Assembly (NCBI GenBank): GCA_965113315.1
Contig: OZ220372.1
Reading direction: 5' to 3' (one strand)
DNA from: Podarcis vaucheri
Taxonomy: Eukaryota
DNA length: 64,000 bases
Part shown: positions 25,008-37,319 of the stretch, one piece after another
How the letters are laid out: every line of letters begins with the position of its first letter
Position numbering within the stretch: position 1 is the first letter of the stretch
The notes under the pieces: model-generated
The model's database searches: none
The model's input: the letters and a program-made list of their open reading frames with translations, nothing else
Told to the model about the DNA's origin: nothing
Translations under genes and position numbers: made by a program

Positions 25008-26460
25008 CTGCAAGAAGAAAAGGAGTTAAGGATGTTAGCATGGCTGCACACTGGTTCAACGCCATCGTGGCATTTGCTCCCCATTTCACACACAGGGGTG
25101 AAAACAAGGAAGCTGCCTTGTACCAGGTCTGTCTAAATCCAGGGCTGGCCATTCTGGACTGGCAGCAGCTCTTCGGCAAAGACTTTCCCTACCACGTATG
25201 TGATCCCTTTGAACTGGCAACGCCAGGGATGGACCTGAGACTTTTGCAGATGAAGAATATGCTTTGCCACTGAGCTATTCCCCGTAAGTGAAACACTCAT
25301 ATAGGCATGGTTCCATGGAGAGTGTGCTTGTATGGTGTGTGCATTTGTCACACCTGCATTTCATCCAATTCCCTCTTTTCCCCCAGACACCCTAAAATGT
25401 TTGTACAGCACAAATTTTGTGTGCAAGACTCAAGACACCAGCCCCACAATGTTCAATGAGACTTGTAAGCCTGTAGAGGATTTCAGCCTGAGCATGCAGT
25501 AAGGCCTTCAAACACATTCTCTGTTTTTTATTGTGCTATGTCACTTAGATATTTGGGGGGGGGGCATAGAAAGTTAACAACGAATGCAATAAATAACAGC
25601 GGCAGCAGTAGATCGATTACAGGCCAAGGTTTCTAGTCAACCAACTTTCTGAGGGACACATTTTCACATTACTGCTGCACAGGATACAACTCAAACACAA
25701 AAAAGTAGCATCCCCATTTCACATGAGAAAATGTTTAGGATGAAACAATATGTGCCATGTGGGCAGGAGGCAGTGGAAGAAACCTGACCAATGACCACAT
25801 TTTGAGAGCTGAGGGGCTTAAATGCCAATGAAGTCAAGTTGCCATTTCTGCTCACCTTGGGGGCTCATTCACAGAAATGACTCCACGTGTGAAATGGAGG
25901 GGAAACAATCTGTGTGAGAGAACTGCACTGTGGCAAAAATTATGCGTCAGAATTAGCTGCCAGGGTCCTGTGCGAATCAGCTAAGGAAAGGCGACTGTGT
26001 GGTTTGGTAGAACAGTCTTGAAACAGCGACTGTGGGAATCTCTCCCACCATGCCTAACTTCTCTAGATGAGAATAAGACTCTCTGCTTGTTGTTTCCTGA
26101 CTTATATCAATCTGTCTTCAGTAAATTTGCATTTTCCCAATGGATTTCTGGAAAGCAATGAAGGGGCATGAATAAAAAAAACAGGTGGGGCAATCCATCA
26201 TACCTGCCCCCTTTTCCCCATCCCACCCAAACACTGTCAGCCTCCACATGTATTGTTCTCATACTGGTGCTCACCTAACTCATGTGGTTGCTGTAAATTT
26301 ATAGCAGTTTGTGCGTGAAGCAGAGAAGATACATGAAGTGTTACGTGAAGCATATCTGAACACTTGAAAGCGCAGTACAAATGTTTAGTATTTTTAATCT
26401 AAAAATCCAACGTTGCATCAGTTTTCATTAAAAATAAAAAACAGCAACCAGGGCTCTTAC

Positions 26461-26526
26461 CATCAGGCTGAAGAAATAGAAAACCGACATCCATTCCAAT
26501 TTATCGTGAATCAAAGATACCAGTGA
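26461..26526 (-). CDS. SLC37A3: SLC37A3 exon 14
   Basis: SLVSLIHDKLEWMSVFYFFSLM, 66 nt, AG/GT boundaries. Confidence 0.93.
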
Positions 26527-27121
26527 CTGAAAAGGAAGAAAATATGAGAGCTATTAAGGCTGTCAAGGGGTGGAGAACACAAAGAGACTCTCCCCTCCTC
26601 CCCATATGTTACGTCTCTCTTGCTTTTCCTTATTCAAAACACAACCCAACACCTCCTCATGTGGCTACTCCTTGCTTCCAAAGCTGTCAGGTTTCATCTT
26701 ACGAACTTTCCTGCTATCCCCCAAAGGCCTGTTGACATTATTATTTATCAATCATTTATACAGTGCCTACAATTTTGTAGGTGCTGCAGAGTGATTTAAA
26801 AAACAGCACAGTCTCTGCCTGCAGGTTCAAAATCTAACAGACAAGATGTAGAGGGGTGGAAATGTGCCAGGAACCTTTCAAATTTGCTGTGTGGAAGGGG
26901 GGTGGAAGGAAAAACAAGCAAAATCAGGTATCAATTCTTAAACATGATAATCCCTAAATATAACCTTTCAAATTTGCTCTAACGTCTGAGTTACTGCCGC
27001 AATTCAGGGTTAACCAGAGGCTGTAGCAAATGGGAGGAAGAACCCCTGAAGAACCGAGGGACTCTTTCCTTCCCTCTTCTCAGCATAATAAAAGACATAC
27101 AACTAACAGATACGTCTTCAT

Positions 27122-27222
27122 TTAGAATCATGGAATTGGGAGGGAACACAACCCCCTGCAGTGCAGGAATCTTTTGCCCAACGTGGAGCTTGAACCCACA
27201 ACCCTGAGATGAAGAGTCTCCA
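27122..27222 (-). mobile_element. tRNA-Lys-derived SINE with CR1 tail, partial
   Basis: Minus strand GAGACTCTTCATCTCAGGGTTGTGGGTTCAAGCTCCACGTTGGGCAAAAGATTCCTGCACTGCAGGGGT. Confidence 0.75.
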
Positions 27223-27375
27223 TTTAGTAAGGATATAAAGCTGCCTGATATTTATTCATTCATCTCAAACATTTTCTATCCTGCTTTTCTCTTAAAGGGA
27301 GCTCAGAGGGGCTAACAGCAGGGCAGGGGCAGCAGCGTCTGGCTCAGGGCCCAAATACACCCCATCCAAGGCCTA

Positions 27376-27586
27376 CAGTGGTACCTTGGGTTAAGAACTT
27401 AATTCGTTCTGGAGGTCTTAACCTGAAACTGTTCTCAACCTGAGGTACCACTTTAGCTAATGGGGCCTCCCGCTGCTGCCGCCACACAATTTCTCTTCTC
27501 ATCCTGAAGCAAAGTTCTTAACACAAGGTACTATTTCTGGGTTAGTGGAGGCTAACCTGAAGCGTCTATAACCCGAGGTACCACTG
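27376..27586. mobile_element. Tc1/mariner MITE, family A
   Basis: TIRs and TA TSD. Confidence 0.9.
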
Positions 27587-29181
27587 TATCTATCTGACTC
27601 TTGGGACCCTCTCCAGGCCCACTTCCTCTCCCCAGGTCACACCCTTCACCCATCCCACTGGAACGTGTCCTTCAACACTGGCAATGCCTGGACAGTGGGG
27701 AGAGAGGGCGTGAGTGTGCGTGGAGACACGTCCACTCTGCAAAAGCAACATTTGCTATTGTTGCTTTGCTTCCCTTTCCCTCTGGCCTCAACCACCACCA
27801 TCATGTGCCCCTTCCCCCGGAAGGCAGTGTGGTTCTCGGGCTGAAAAAGGTTCCTCACTCCTGTTTTAGGCGGGCAGAACATTTTTCCTCGGCCTAGAAG
27901 CAGAGTAGAGCAGCTTCATGCCTCTTCAGAAATGAAACCAAGTGCTTATACTGAGATTCTGCCCCTAAGTATGTCTTTTACATTGCCGTGAACCCCCACA
28001 CGTTCGACGGGATGCGCGCACTGGGGTGGGCGGGTGGGAAAGGTCATGCACCTCACATGCAGCCTTTAAGCCTCTCTCTTTTCCAAGATGTTTGACATAC
28101 TCCTGCTGTTAGCTTCCCACTATGGAAGACAGCCCCGCTTGCGAAATCTCAGCTGGTTGCTATGGAGATGCATTGTCAAGAGATAACGGCAACCTCAGGT
28201 AGAGAAAGAAGCGGAGGATGCGATTCATCAGACACAAAAAGCTCTTCCCCCCCCAGCCCGGTTCCTTCAGGAAAGGCTTCAAGTTCAAAAACTGGAGAGC
28301 GGTGGGGTTAAAGAACTGGAATTCTAAAGAGGATGCTTGCCATTGTGATCTTCAGGCAAGAGAATCATCTGAGAATCCTCACGCTGCCTTGATCGGAGAG
28401 GAGAGGCGTCCGCTTCTGAAGGGAAAGGCACTCCAGAGACAGCGCAAAGCCAAGAGGGAATTTCCTTCCCCCTCCCACAGATCAGCGCTACTGATAAGTT
28501 GCTGGAATGCTCCCTGGGGCCAATTCAAAACCTACTTACAAACAAAGACGTGAACTCCGGCCCCAGCGGGCTCCTTGGCACTCCATTACGGAAACCATAA
28601 TGGTTACCTTTGCCAGAATGTTAGCTGCAGTCTCGTGCCATACGAACATTTCCCCAGTTTGCCCTGTGTTCTCTTTGGCTTGCACTCATCTGCTCCTGTT
28701 ACGCAGAGCGTCAGTAACACCACCACAGAGACATCCAAGTGCCTCTGGCTTCTACATAATTTTAAGGAGTCTCTCAGAAGGGCAACACCATTAGAACCTT
28801 CCTGACTCTCAGGATCCCTCTCAATGCTACAATGCTATGATACGATGATTCTCCCTAACCACTTTCTCCATGGATAATTCTATACATCTCTCATATATCC
28901 ACCTTTCACTCACCTATTTGTCCTATACTTAAAAAAAACCCCTCCTAACTTTGTAACTTTTCCTTGTAGGTGGAATAGCTCCAGTCCCTTGAACTTTTTG
29001 GCTGCGCTTTTCTTTATTATCAGGATCGATGCAGTGAAATGTTACCGGAAGGAAGATCTTCATGGTGGCTAGATTTTTAAAACCCTCTGGCAGCCCATTT
29101 CACCCTTTAAAAATGTGGAATATCAGAGCCGTCTGCTCTTTGAAATTTCAACAGGTGCTTCTGAACCCTTCTGAATCTCAC

Positions 29182-29333
29182 CTGGCCCACAGCTGCTCCA
29201 ATGCTCCCAGTGCCATCCACAATCCCCGTCACAGTCGCCAGAGCCTCGCTGCTTCCTTTCACCATCTCCTGACGCCCCAGGTCTGCAGAAATGGCGGAAC
29301 TGATCATATTGGAAGGGCCTCCAATGAAAAAGC
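29182..29333 (-). CDS. SLC37A3: SLC37A3 exon 13
   Basis: GFFIGGPSNMISSAISADLGRQEMVKGSSEALATVTGIVDGTGSIGAAVGQ, 152 nt. Confidence 0.97.
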
Positions 29334-29990
29334 CTAAGGACCATCGAAAGAGATTAAAGAAAAGAATTGAGACCACTGCAAAGGGTGGGCCCGCTCTCTG
29401 TTAGGAAGCCAGAACGTTTTTCATCTGAACTCATTAACCCTGCCATATACCCTACAAATACCCACGAAGGCGCCTTTAATTGAAATGACTCAATTGAAAA
29501 GCAGGGAGTTCCACGATTATGCAAAAATTGTGTGTTATTTTTGATGGCTCCTTCACAAATCAAAGAACCTTGCAGCACCTTAAAGAATGAAGCATTTATT
29601 ACGGCATAAACTCTCGTGGATTAAAGTCCCCTTCACTGCAGGCACGAACCTTTATCCCACGTTGGCAGGTTTGTGTATGCACAAGGCTGGCTTACAGGTA
29701 AGCCAATGCAATGTCTCCCTATGTGACATCCTCCAGCCTGGCCAATGGTCAAGGATGAAGAGAGCTGTGATGCAGCAACATCTGGAAAATGCCAGGTTGG
29801 CTATCCCTGCTCCAGCCCATCTGGTCCATCTCCATGAGAGGAAAGGAGAAGAGAATATGCACCACCCCCTTCTAGCTATGGCCAGGTGAGAATTGCAGTG
29901 CCCTAGAAACCTAACAAATCACACTTTTACTCCAATACGGATGGCAGGATGAGATCTGCCTTGTGTCCAGCCACAGCCCTTTCCCCTTAC

Positions 29991-30038
29991 CTGTTATTGC
30001 CATGAGAACCGCATTGATGAGTTTGTCGTTTGGTGAAC
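29991..30038 (-). CDS. SLC37A3: SLC37A3 exon 12
   Basis: RSPNDKLINAVLMAIT, 48 nt, phase 1/1. Confidence 0.93.
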
Positions 30039-30052
30039 CTATAAAAAGAAAG

Positions 30053-30177
30053 GAATCATAGAATCACTGGATTGCAGAGTTGGAAGGAACCATGAGGATC
30101 ATCTGGGCCAACCTCCTGCAGTGCAGGGATTTTTTGCCCAACACGGGGCTCAGACCTGCAACCTCTGAGATTAAGAG
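30053..30177 (-). mobile_element. tRNA-Lys-derived SINE with CR1 tail, partial
   Basis: Minus strand CTCTTAATCTCAGAGGTTGCAGGTCTGAGCCCCGTGTTGGGC...TTCCAACTCTGCAATCCAGTGATTCTATGATTCC. Confidence 0.75.
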
Positions 30178-30386
30178 AAGAAAGAAATGCTTCAAGTTCG
30201 TAACTACCCTTTGGAACGAGTCTGAAAAGATCAGGAAGGAATGAGAAGCTGACCATTAAAGCTGCTTCACCAAGGCTATCTGGGAAACTAGCTTGATCCA
30301 GCAGTCCTCATCTTATGTCCTCATGACCAACCAAAAACTCAACCTGGCCAAGGCGATGGGACACCACAGTGAATACAAGGCTAGTA

Positions 30387-30624
30387 CAGTGGCACTTGGG
30401 TTCCTGAATGGCTTAGCTGTCAAACAAAATCGGCTCCCAAATGCTACAAACACGGAAGTGAGTGTTCTAGTTTGCAAACATTTTTCAGAAGCTGAATGTC
30501 CAACATGGTTTGGGTCCAACATGGGTCCTGCAACCCATCAGAAGCTGCGCCTTGGTTTTTGAATGGTTTTGCGAGTCGAACGGACTCCCAGAACAGTCTA
30601 AGTTCAAGAACCAAGGTACCACTG
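30387..30624. mobile_element. Tc1/mariner MITE, older family
   Basis: CAGTGGCACTTGG / CCAAGGTACCACTG ends, TA TSD. Confidence 0.75.
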
Positions 30625-30999
30625 TATGGGCCAGTGAACTGCTGGAATCGCATCAGTTCTTTTGATCATTAGGAAAGGGATTGAAAATGATATGCAGATA
30701 CATGGAATGATCCATAGCGAACTTGGGTCCCCAAAACACTTCAAACGACTGGCTGTTTTGGATGAATTCTGAAGAACAGAACCATTAGGAAGGACTCTGA
30801 AACAAGCACATGTTTCTGTTTTCTTTTGTTTAAGTCTTTTGGATAACTCTAAGGACACAAGTGTTTTGGCATCTTGTAAGTTTATTTACTTTTTCACAGC
30901 CTACTTAGAAAACGAGCAAAAAAATTATTATTATTTTAAGAGAAGGAATTGAAATCAAAACTATCAGTATCATAGCAGCGTTATAAAAATCTACGAGGC

Positions 31000-31330
31000 A
31001 CCTGCACTCTGCATACTATGCACAGTTCTGGCCTCCTCATCTCAGTAAGGATATTGTAGAGCGGAAAAGGCTACACAAAAAGGAGAACCAAAATGATCAA
31101 GGGATAAGAAAAACTGGGGCTTTTTAGTTTGGAGGAAAAAATGGCGAGTAAAGGAGGGCATGACAGAGATGCATGCAATTATGCATATTGTGGAGAAAGT
31201 GGTCGCAGGTAAGCTTTCCTCCCTTTCTCGTAGTAGTAGAACTCTAAGGAAGGTGAATGTGGGAGCATACAGGACAACAAGCCCTTTCCCCACACAGTAT
31301 GTAGTTATACCATGGAATTCACTCCAACGA
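31000..31330 (+). mobile_element. Decayed CR1 3' fragment
   Basis: CR1-like CAGTTCTGG..CCTCATCTCAGTAAGGATATTG and TGGAATTCACTCC segments. Confidence 0.65.
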
Positions 31331-31569
31331 AACGCTAACTGCTACTAGTCTCTACTGCCTGCACTGTCTTGAGGCAGAGGGCCTATGAATGCCACTTCGC
31401 AGGAATCCCTGAGGGAGAGTGCGCTGTAAGACGCAATTCTGCGCTTCCCACAGGCATCTGGTTTGCCATGTAAGAACAGCCTTTGCAGGACTAGATGGGT
31501 CTTTGTCCTGATTCAGCAGGCCTTTCCTTATACTCTTAAAACAGCCTTTGCAGGCCTAATAGGCTGGAG

Positions 31570-31706
31570 CAGGGTTTCCCAAACTGGGGTCTCCAGCTGT
31601 TTTTGGAGGTCAGTTCCCATAATCCCTGACCCACTGGTCCTGCTAGCTAGGGATGATGGGAGTTGTAGTCCAACAACAGGTTGGAGACCCAAGTTTGCAA
31701 ACCCTG
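31570..31706. mobile_element. Palindromic hAT MITE
   Basis: CAGGGTTTCCCAAAC / GTTTGCAAACCCTG, flanked by GGCTGGAG-like TSD. Confidence 0.8.
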
Positions 31707-32210
31707 GGGCTGGAGGTTTCCCGCTGCTAATTTATGCATTGCAGTTTCTCAGACTGAGAATGGAAGATTTTCCACCATCACCCATTGCATGCCTGGAGCA
31801 ATTATTGCCAAATCCAGGAAGCCGCTCCACAATACCTGCCTCAGCACAGTAAGCAGGAGCAATACTGCTACTTTTCACTGCCATCTAGCTGGCATAAAAT
31901 TTGAAATGCATCACCACCTGCTCTTATTGGTACCATGGCATTCACTTGAGAAACATGCAAGAAAGAGGAAAGCTGATCTTTCTCTTGCCAGAAGATGATG
32001 GCCAGTTACACAACACTCTTAAGGTGCAGAATTCTGCCCATTAAAGAGTTCGGTGTAACTCACAAGAGCAGACTGCATAATCCTATGCCTGCAATATTTG
32101 CACGCAATGAAAGACATTTTAAACAGTTTGCCTTGCAATCTGTGGGGTGCAAAAGATGGTCCTTGAGGAAGTGCCTAAAGGAGAGCGATCAGGACGAAGA
32201 TTCTATTTGT

Positions 32211-32746
32211 GTGATTTTTGCAGCTGATGTTAAGATTGCAAAACAATGAGGCACGGGAAGGAGCAAAGGAGAACTTCTGAAACAGCTATGGGATATTAGC
32301 TCCACCCAAGGCATGATGGAGAACAGCAACAACCGGGAAAAGATAAACATGGTATTTTACAAGGACAGGAAGAAACACCACAGACAAAATAATTGCAGCA
32401 CACAGGAAGAACAAGGATGTGGTTTGAATGCTTCACCTGTAGATTTATTAAGCATTTAATGTGTCAATACGAATGGCAGTCGTTAATATTGCAGTTGTTG
32501 CATAAGGGATTGTTACGGCTGACTGGAGTGCAATTGAAATTAATAAGAGTTTGGAACGCAGAAATAAAGTAAATCATCAAACCATCAATTCTAGCACACG
32601 AGGGACCATCTAAATTATATAATTTGGCATCTGAATGATTGGTATTAGTAATTGTATTATAATTTGGCATTGTTATAATGAGGCTATTATTGGATTATTG
32701 TAACTGAAAACTAATAAAAATTATTATCAGCGGGGCGGGGGGGGGG
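32211..32746 (+). mobile_element. Probable non-LTR retroposon 3'-end insertion
   Basis: 12-bp flanking direct repeat GATTCTATTTGT (32199-32210 and 32747-32758); AATAAA near the 3' end. Confidence 0.55.
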
Positions 32747-33358
32747 GATTCTATTTGTATACAGCCTCAATCCTTTCTGGCCAGATGAAAAACTTACAGG
32801 GAGATCCGACACTGCAGCAATAAAAGCTCCGTAAGCCAGAGTGGTAACACTACCCGATCCCTACAAAAAAAGTCTCCAAGTCTGGCTTGCTCACTGATCT
32901 GAGCCATGGTGGAAACTACTTCTGATGGCTACAAAGCTCTCACCTACCCCACTTTAAAGGAGGTTGATGTGGCACATGGAATGCACAAATGGATGCACAT
33001 ATGCCTGTGTACAGACACAACACACAATGGTGTTTCATCCCTGCAGGTCAGCCTGTATGGCCTTTTTCTCACTCACCCAAACTTTTGTTTGGGGGCTTCC
33101 CCAAGACACTTGGCTGACCACTGTTGGGACCCCTGGGTCTGATCATCCAGCAAGCTCTTCTGATATACTTCATCTGAACTCAAGGCGACCCCAAACCCTT
33201 GCCTTATTAGACAATGAAGCACGGTCATAACACATTTCAGCTGTCTCCTTGATTACATGTCATTGAAGCCACACCATGTGTTGAATTAGAGAAGACAATG
33301 TGCAGGTTACACATGACCCCATGCTATTAAACCCCATACCAAGCAGAGAAGTACTCAC

Positions 33359-33460
33359 GGCTGTATCCCAAGAGAGATGCAATAGCCAAGATGAGGCTAA
33401 CGGCTAACACTGGGGCTCTCTTTTGCAGTTTGTCAGAGATGAAGCCTTGGATGGTGCCAC
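33359..33460 (-). CDS. SLC37A3: SLC37A3 exon 11
   Basis: GGTIQGFISDKLQKRAPVLAVSLILAIASLLGYS, 102 nt. Confidence 0.96.
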
Positions 33461-34049
33461 CTGCAGAAATAAAAGAGACATGGGGCCTTCTGGGTAGAAG
33501 TGCAGAAGACACTCACTGATGTGCCTTCAGTGGCAACTGCAATAGCAGGCTATAGTTTACTACAAGCAAAATACAACACAAACGGAGGATCGGATGTCAC
33601 TGTTTAAAAGCAATGTGGCCTAGACATTGATGCCTGACCATCCTGTACAGCTTCATGGGTCTCCTCGTTGACTCTGAATTCATGCCCAGATTCCAGATGT
33701 GGAAGAACACGTCACCCCACAGATGTTGCTGGACTCCCAACTCCCCCCAGTCCTAGCCAGCAGTGTCAATGGGAGATGTAACCCAACATCTTGTGGGGGG
33801 CCAAAGCTTCTCCATTCTAGTCTCTCATCCCATCCCAGACCTCTGCCTCCTGAGTTCACTCTCATACTAGGTCTTAATAAGTATATCCTAAATGCAGCAA
33901 AACATATCATGAATAACAGGCAAATGGAAAGCAATTTAAACCACTGAGCCGGTACAAAAATGGTGGCTGCTTTTTCCCTCCCACCCAAATCTATACTCCA
34001 GGAAGGAAAAAGGGGGGGGGAGGGAGCAATTGCATGTTGCTCTGCATAC

Positions 34050-34191
34050 CTATAATCCCTCCGACATCATACCAGATCGACAGCTCATCAGCTTCCGCCT
34101 CCTTCCATCCAAAATTGTCATAGAGGTACAAAGGCAGCCAGAAGAAAAAGGAGTAGTTCACTAGCTTTAAGCAGGCATAGGCCAAGGAATA
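34050..34191 (-). CDS. SLC37A3: SLC37A3 exon 10
   Basis: YSLAYACLKLVNYSFFFWLPLYLYDNFGWKEAEADELSIWYDVGGII, 142 nt. Confidence 0.97.
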
Positions 34192-34448
34192 CTGAAAGAA
34201 ATGCAACCCAATGAAAAGCTGTTAGAACTGAAGCAATGCGAGCATAGCAAGCACACCGTAATGGGCTAGGAGGAAGGAGGCCTGGGTTAAAATAATAATA
34301 ATAATAATAATAATAATTTATTATTTATACCCCGCCCATCTGGCTGGGCCTCCCCAGCCACCCTGGGCGGCTTCCATAAAAACAAAAAATACAATAAAAT
34401 GCCCAGCTCTGCCACAAGGTTCACTGGGTGGGCTTTAGGTAAAGTCTT

Positions 34449-34590
34449 ATAGAATCACAGAGTTGGAAGGGACCCCGACGACCACCCAGTCTCAGTCCCC
34501 TGCAATGCAGGAATATGCAGCTGTTCCTTACGGGAACTGAACCTGCAACCTTGGTGTTATCAGCACCAGGCTCTAATCAGCTGAGCTACC
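34449..34590 (-). mobile_element. tRNA-Ile-derived SINE with CR1 tail
   Basis: Minus strand GGTAGCTCAGCTGATTAGAGCCTGGTGCTGATAACACCAAGGTTGCAGGTTCAGTTCCCGTA resembles tRNA-Ile; followed by CCTGCATTGCAGGGG...CCCTTCCAACTCTGTGATTCTAT. Confidence 0.75.
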
Positions 34591-35069
34591 TTGTGTTGCA
34601 TCTCTCTGCCCGACCGGCTTTGCTATTGTGAAGACAAAAAGGGAAGCCTCAAGAAAGCGGACTTTTAGAAGACATCTGAAGGCCGACCCGTTTAGGGAAG
34701 TTTTAAAAGTTTGATGTTTGATTGCGCTTTTAATATTCTGTTGGGAGCCATCCAGAGTGGCTGGGGAAACCCAGCCAGATGGACGGGGTATGTATGTATG
34801 TATGTATGTATGAATGAATGAATAAATAGAAGGAATTTCTTGAAGTCTCAGAGACCCCAGATTAAAAGATGCTGGTTGTCCTCACTAGATGACTGTCCTT
34901 CAAGCAGGCTTCTTCCAGATGTTGCTGCCTTTCATCCTTGGCCCAAGGCTCATGGGGGCTGGAGTCTTGACAACATCTGGAGGGACCAAGTCAGGGAAAG
35001 CTGCAGAGATCCTTATGGAGTACACAGACCAGGGTGCCAAATATTCCTAACAACATCAGGAGCCCTTAC

Positions 35070-35278
35070 CAATATAACCCCAGGTAGACAACAAGCCTGA
35101 AAAAATCCAATAGCCTTGGGCTGGCGTGCGTTGCTGCTGCTGCCGCCACTGTTGCTCAGATCAGCTGCCTGAATGGAGTAATTCTGGTCGTCGTTGTCGT
35201 CGTCACTGCTACCAATCAATGGCTCACTGACATCTTCTTCCGCAGAACCATCGCCCTCTTCGCCAACGTCAGGGAGCC
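35070..35278 (-). CDS. SLC37A3: SLC37A3 exon 9 (central cytosolic loop)
   Basis: GLPDVGEEGDGSAEEDVSEPLIGSSDDDNDDQNYSIQAADLSNSGGSSSNARQPKAIGFFQACCLPGVIL, 209 nt. Confidence 0.94.
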
Positions 35279-37174
35279 CTAGAAGAGCAGAAGGGGCCGC
35301 AAATCAAAAAGAAAGGACAACACCATCCCCTCTCCCAGCAATCGCTCTTTCGGGTCATTTTCTCCTCCCTTCTGATTGGCTCGCTTGCTCTCCCATACCT
35401 CAGTCCTCCTCCTTTGGCTTAGAAACTCTTCTAGATGGTGTTCTGCAGAGTCGCCAGTTTCTACCCCTGGTCTTCTAGAGCACTCGAAAGTATCCTGTCT
35501 GATCCTGGCGTCGGCTCTCTCTGCTTTGAGTGTCTGGCCATTAGTTGGAAGACACAACAAATTAGTGCATTCCCTATATGGCTGCGGCTGAATGTCCCCA
35601 AAGTTCTGCATCGCTGACAGTGCTGCTGGTACTCAAAAAGCAGGAGATACCATAAGTCTCTCAGCAGCAGTTCTAGCGGAGGAACAGGGAGGAAGACTCT
35701 GTGCTGTAGGCTTGCTAAGGAGCTACTTGAGTTAGTTTGCCACACATCCAATGTTAACCTGTCTCCAGATCTGCCCTGCCTCTACAACTTCCTCTGCCCT
35801 TAGCAGACACACACATGTGTGCACACATGGGTATCCCACCCCAATCTCATCACTGAACTTGGAAACTCCTAACCTTGGAAAGACTTAGTAGCTTCAGGGA
35901 ACAAGAATGTTGGGAGAATGTGAGAATAGCCTCACTCATATTTCTCCATCAGCAGCCATTCTATCTGGTAACAACGCTTTGGCTTAGAAACTCTTCTAAG
36001 ATGGGTGTTCTGCAGAGTCACCAGTTTCTACCCCTGCAATGCAGGAATCTCAACAAATATGCATCCATGACAGAGGGCCATACAGTTGTCGTAGGTCAGG
36101 GTTTCCAAAGCTTGGGTCTCTGGCTATTTTTGGACTAGCAGGAGCCAGTGGTCAGGGATGATGGGAAGCTGTAGTCCATAAACAGCTGGGGATCTGAGTT
36201 TGAGAAACCCTGTTCTAGACACTCTTTGCAAATGGATGTTTGATTGGAAACAAAAATTAAAAAGGGAAAAATCAAAACAGGGCTTGCCTCCTCGTTGTTT
36301 TGAACCATTGCTACTTGCTCAAAGTAGCTCTCCACCTGCCTCCTGCCTCTGTGCTCAGACAGTTTTGCTGCTAGTGTTTTGTTGCATATTTGTGTTTTCA
36401 TCTCTCTCTACTGCCCTGCTTTTGCCTGGCTAATTGACTCGACTTTGTGAGAAATGGGGTATGTAAATGGTTTAAATAAATACCTCCTGCACCCCACTGG
36501 TTCTCAGTGCCACTGCCTAAGATGCAGTTTATAATAATAGCAGGAGCTGAGCACGTATAGAAAAAGCTTTGGAGTTTTAGCAACATATTAAAGCAATGTC
36601 TAACCCACCTTTTAGGGCCCAATGGTTTCACTCGATGGTTTACAAACAGTTTAGTGCACATGACATCGTCATGAAACAAAAAATAATAAATGCAACAAAT
36701 TACATCAAAGCTATCCGTTAAACAAAAACAAAACAGCAGCAACTAAAACTTTTTCCAAGTCCAAGGACAGCTTTAAAAAAGTGTCTTCAAGTTTCATTTA
36801 AAAAGCAGCAGAAATGAAGCCAGGTGGACTTCCCCAGGGCTAGAGTTCCAAAGGTGTGGGGCAAGCACTGAAAAGGCCTCGTTCCTGATGCAAACCTTGC
36901 AGTCCTTACCTGCAGGGCAGAGCAGGGCCTGTGAGGCTAATCTTAACACTCTGTCCCTGAGATAACCTAGCCTCAATTTTTTTGGGGGGCTTTAAAGGCC
37001 AAAAAGTGTTTTAAGTAGGATCTGGAAATGAATAGGCAGCTGTGTAACCAGTACAGAGTTGGTGGAATGTGAACTGAACCACTATCATCCACAAGCTATA
37101 CACTTAATGCAATAAAAGGAGATTGGGTTGCAAGTAGAAAAGTCAGAGGATGTGGTCACCTCACTGCTACTCAC

Positions 37175-37259
37175 CTACTTCCTTGGGGGAAATCACCAGG
37201 CCAAAGAAGACAATGATTCCTCCAGCAAACTGGACTGAAGCTGTCACCAGGAAGGCATA
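37175..37259 (-). CDS. SLC37A3: SLC37A3 exon 8
   Basis: YAFLVTASVQFAGGIIVFFGLVISPKEV, 85 nt. Confidence 0.96.
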
Positions 37260-37319
37260 CTGAAAGAGGGGAAACAAATGCAGAGCTCTTACACATGTAT
37301 TTTTAGTCTCTTCGTCTTA

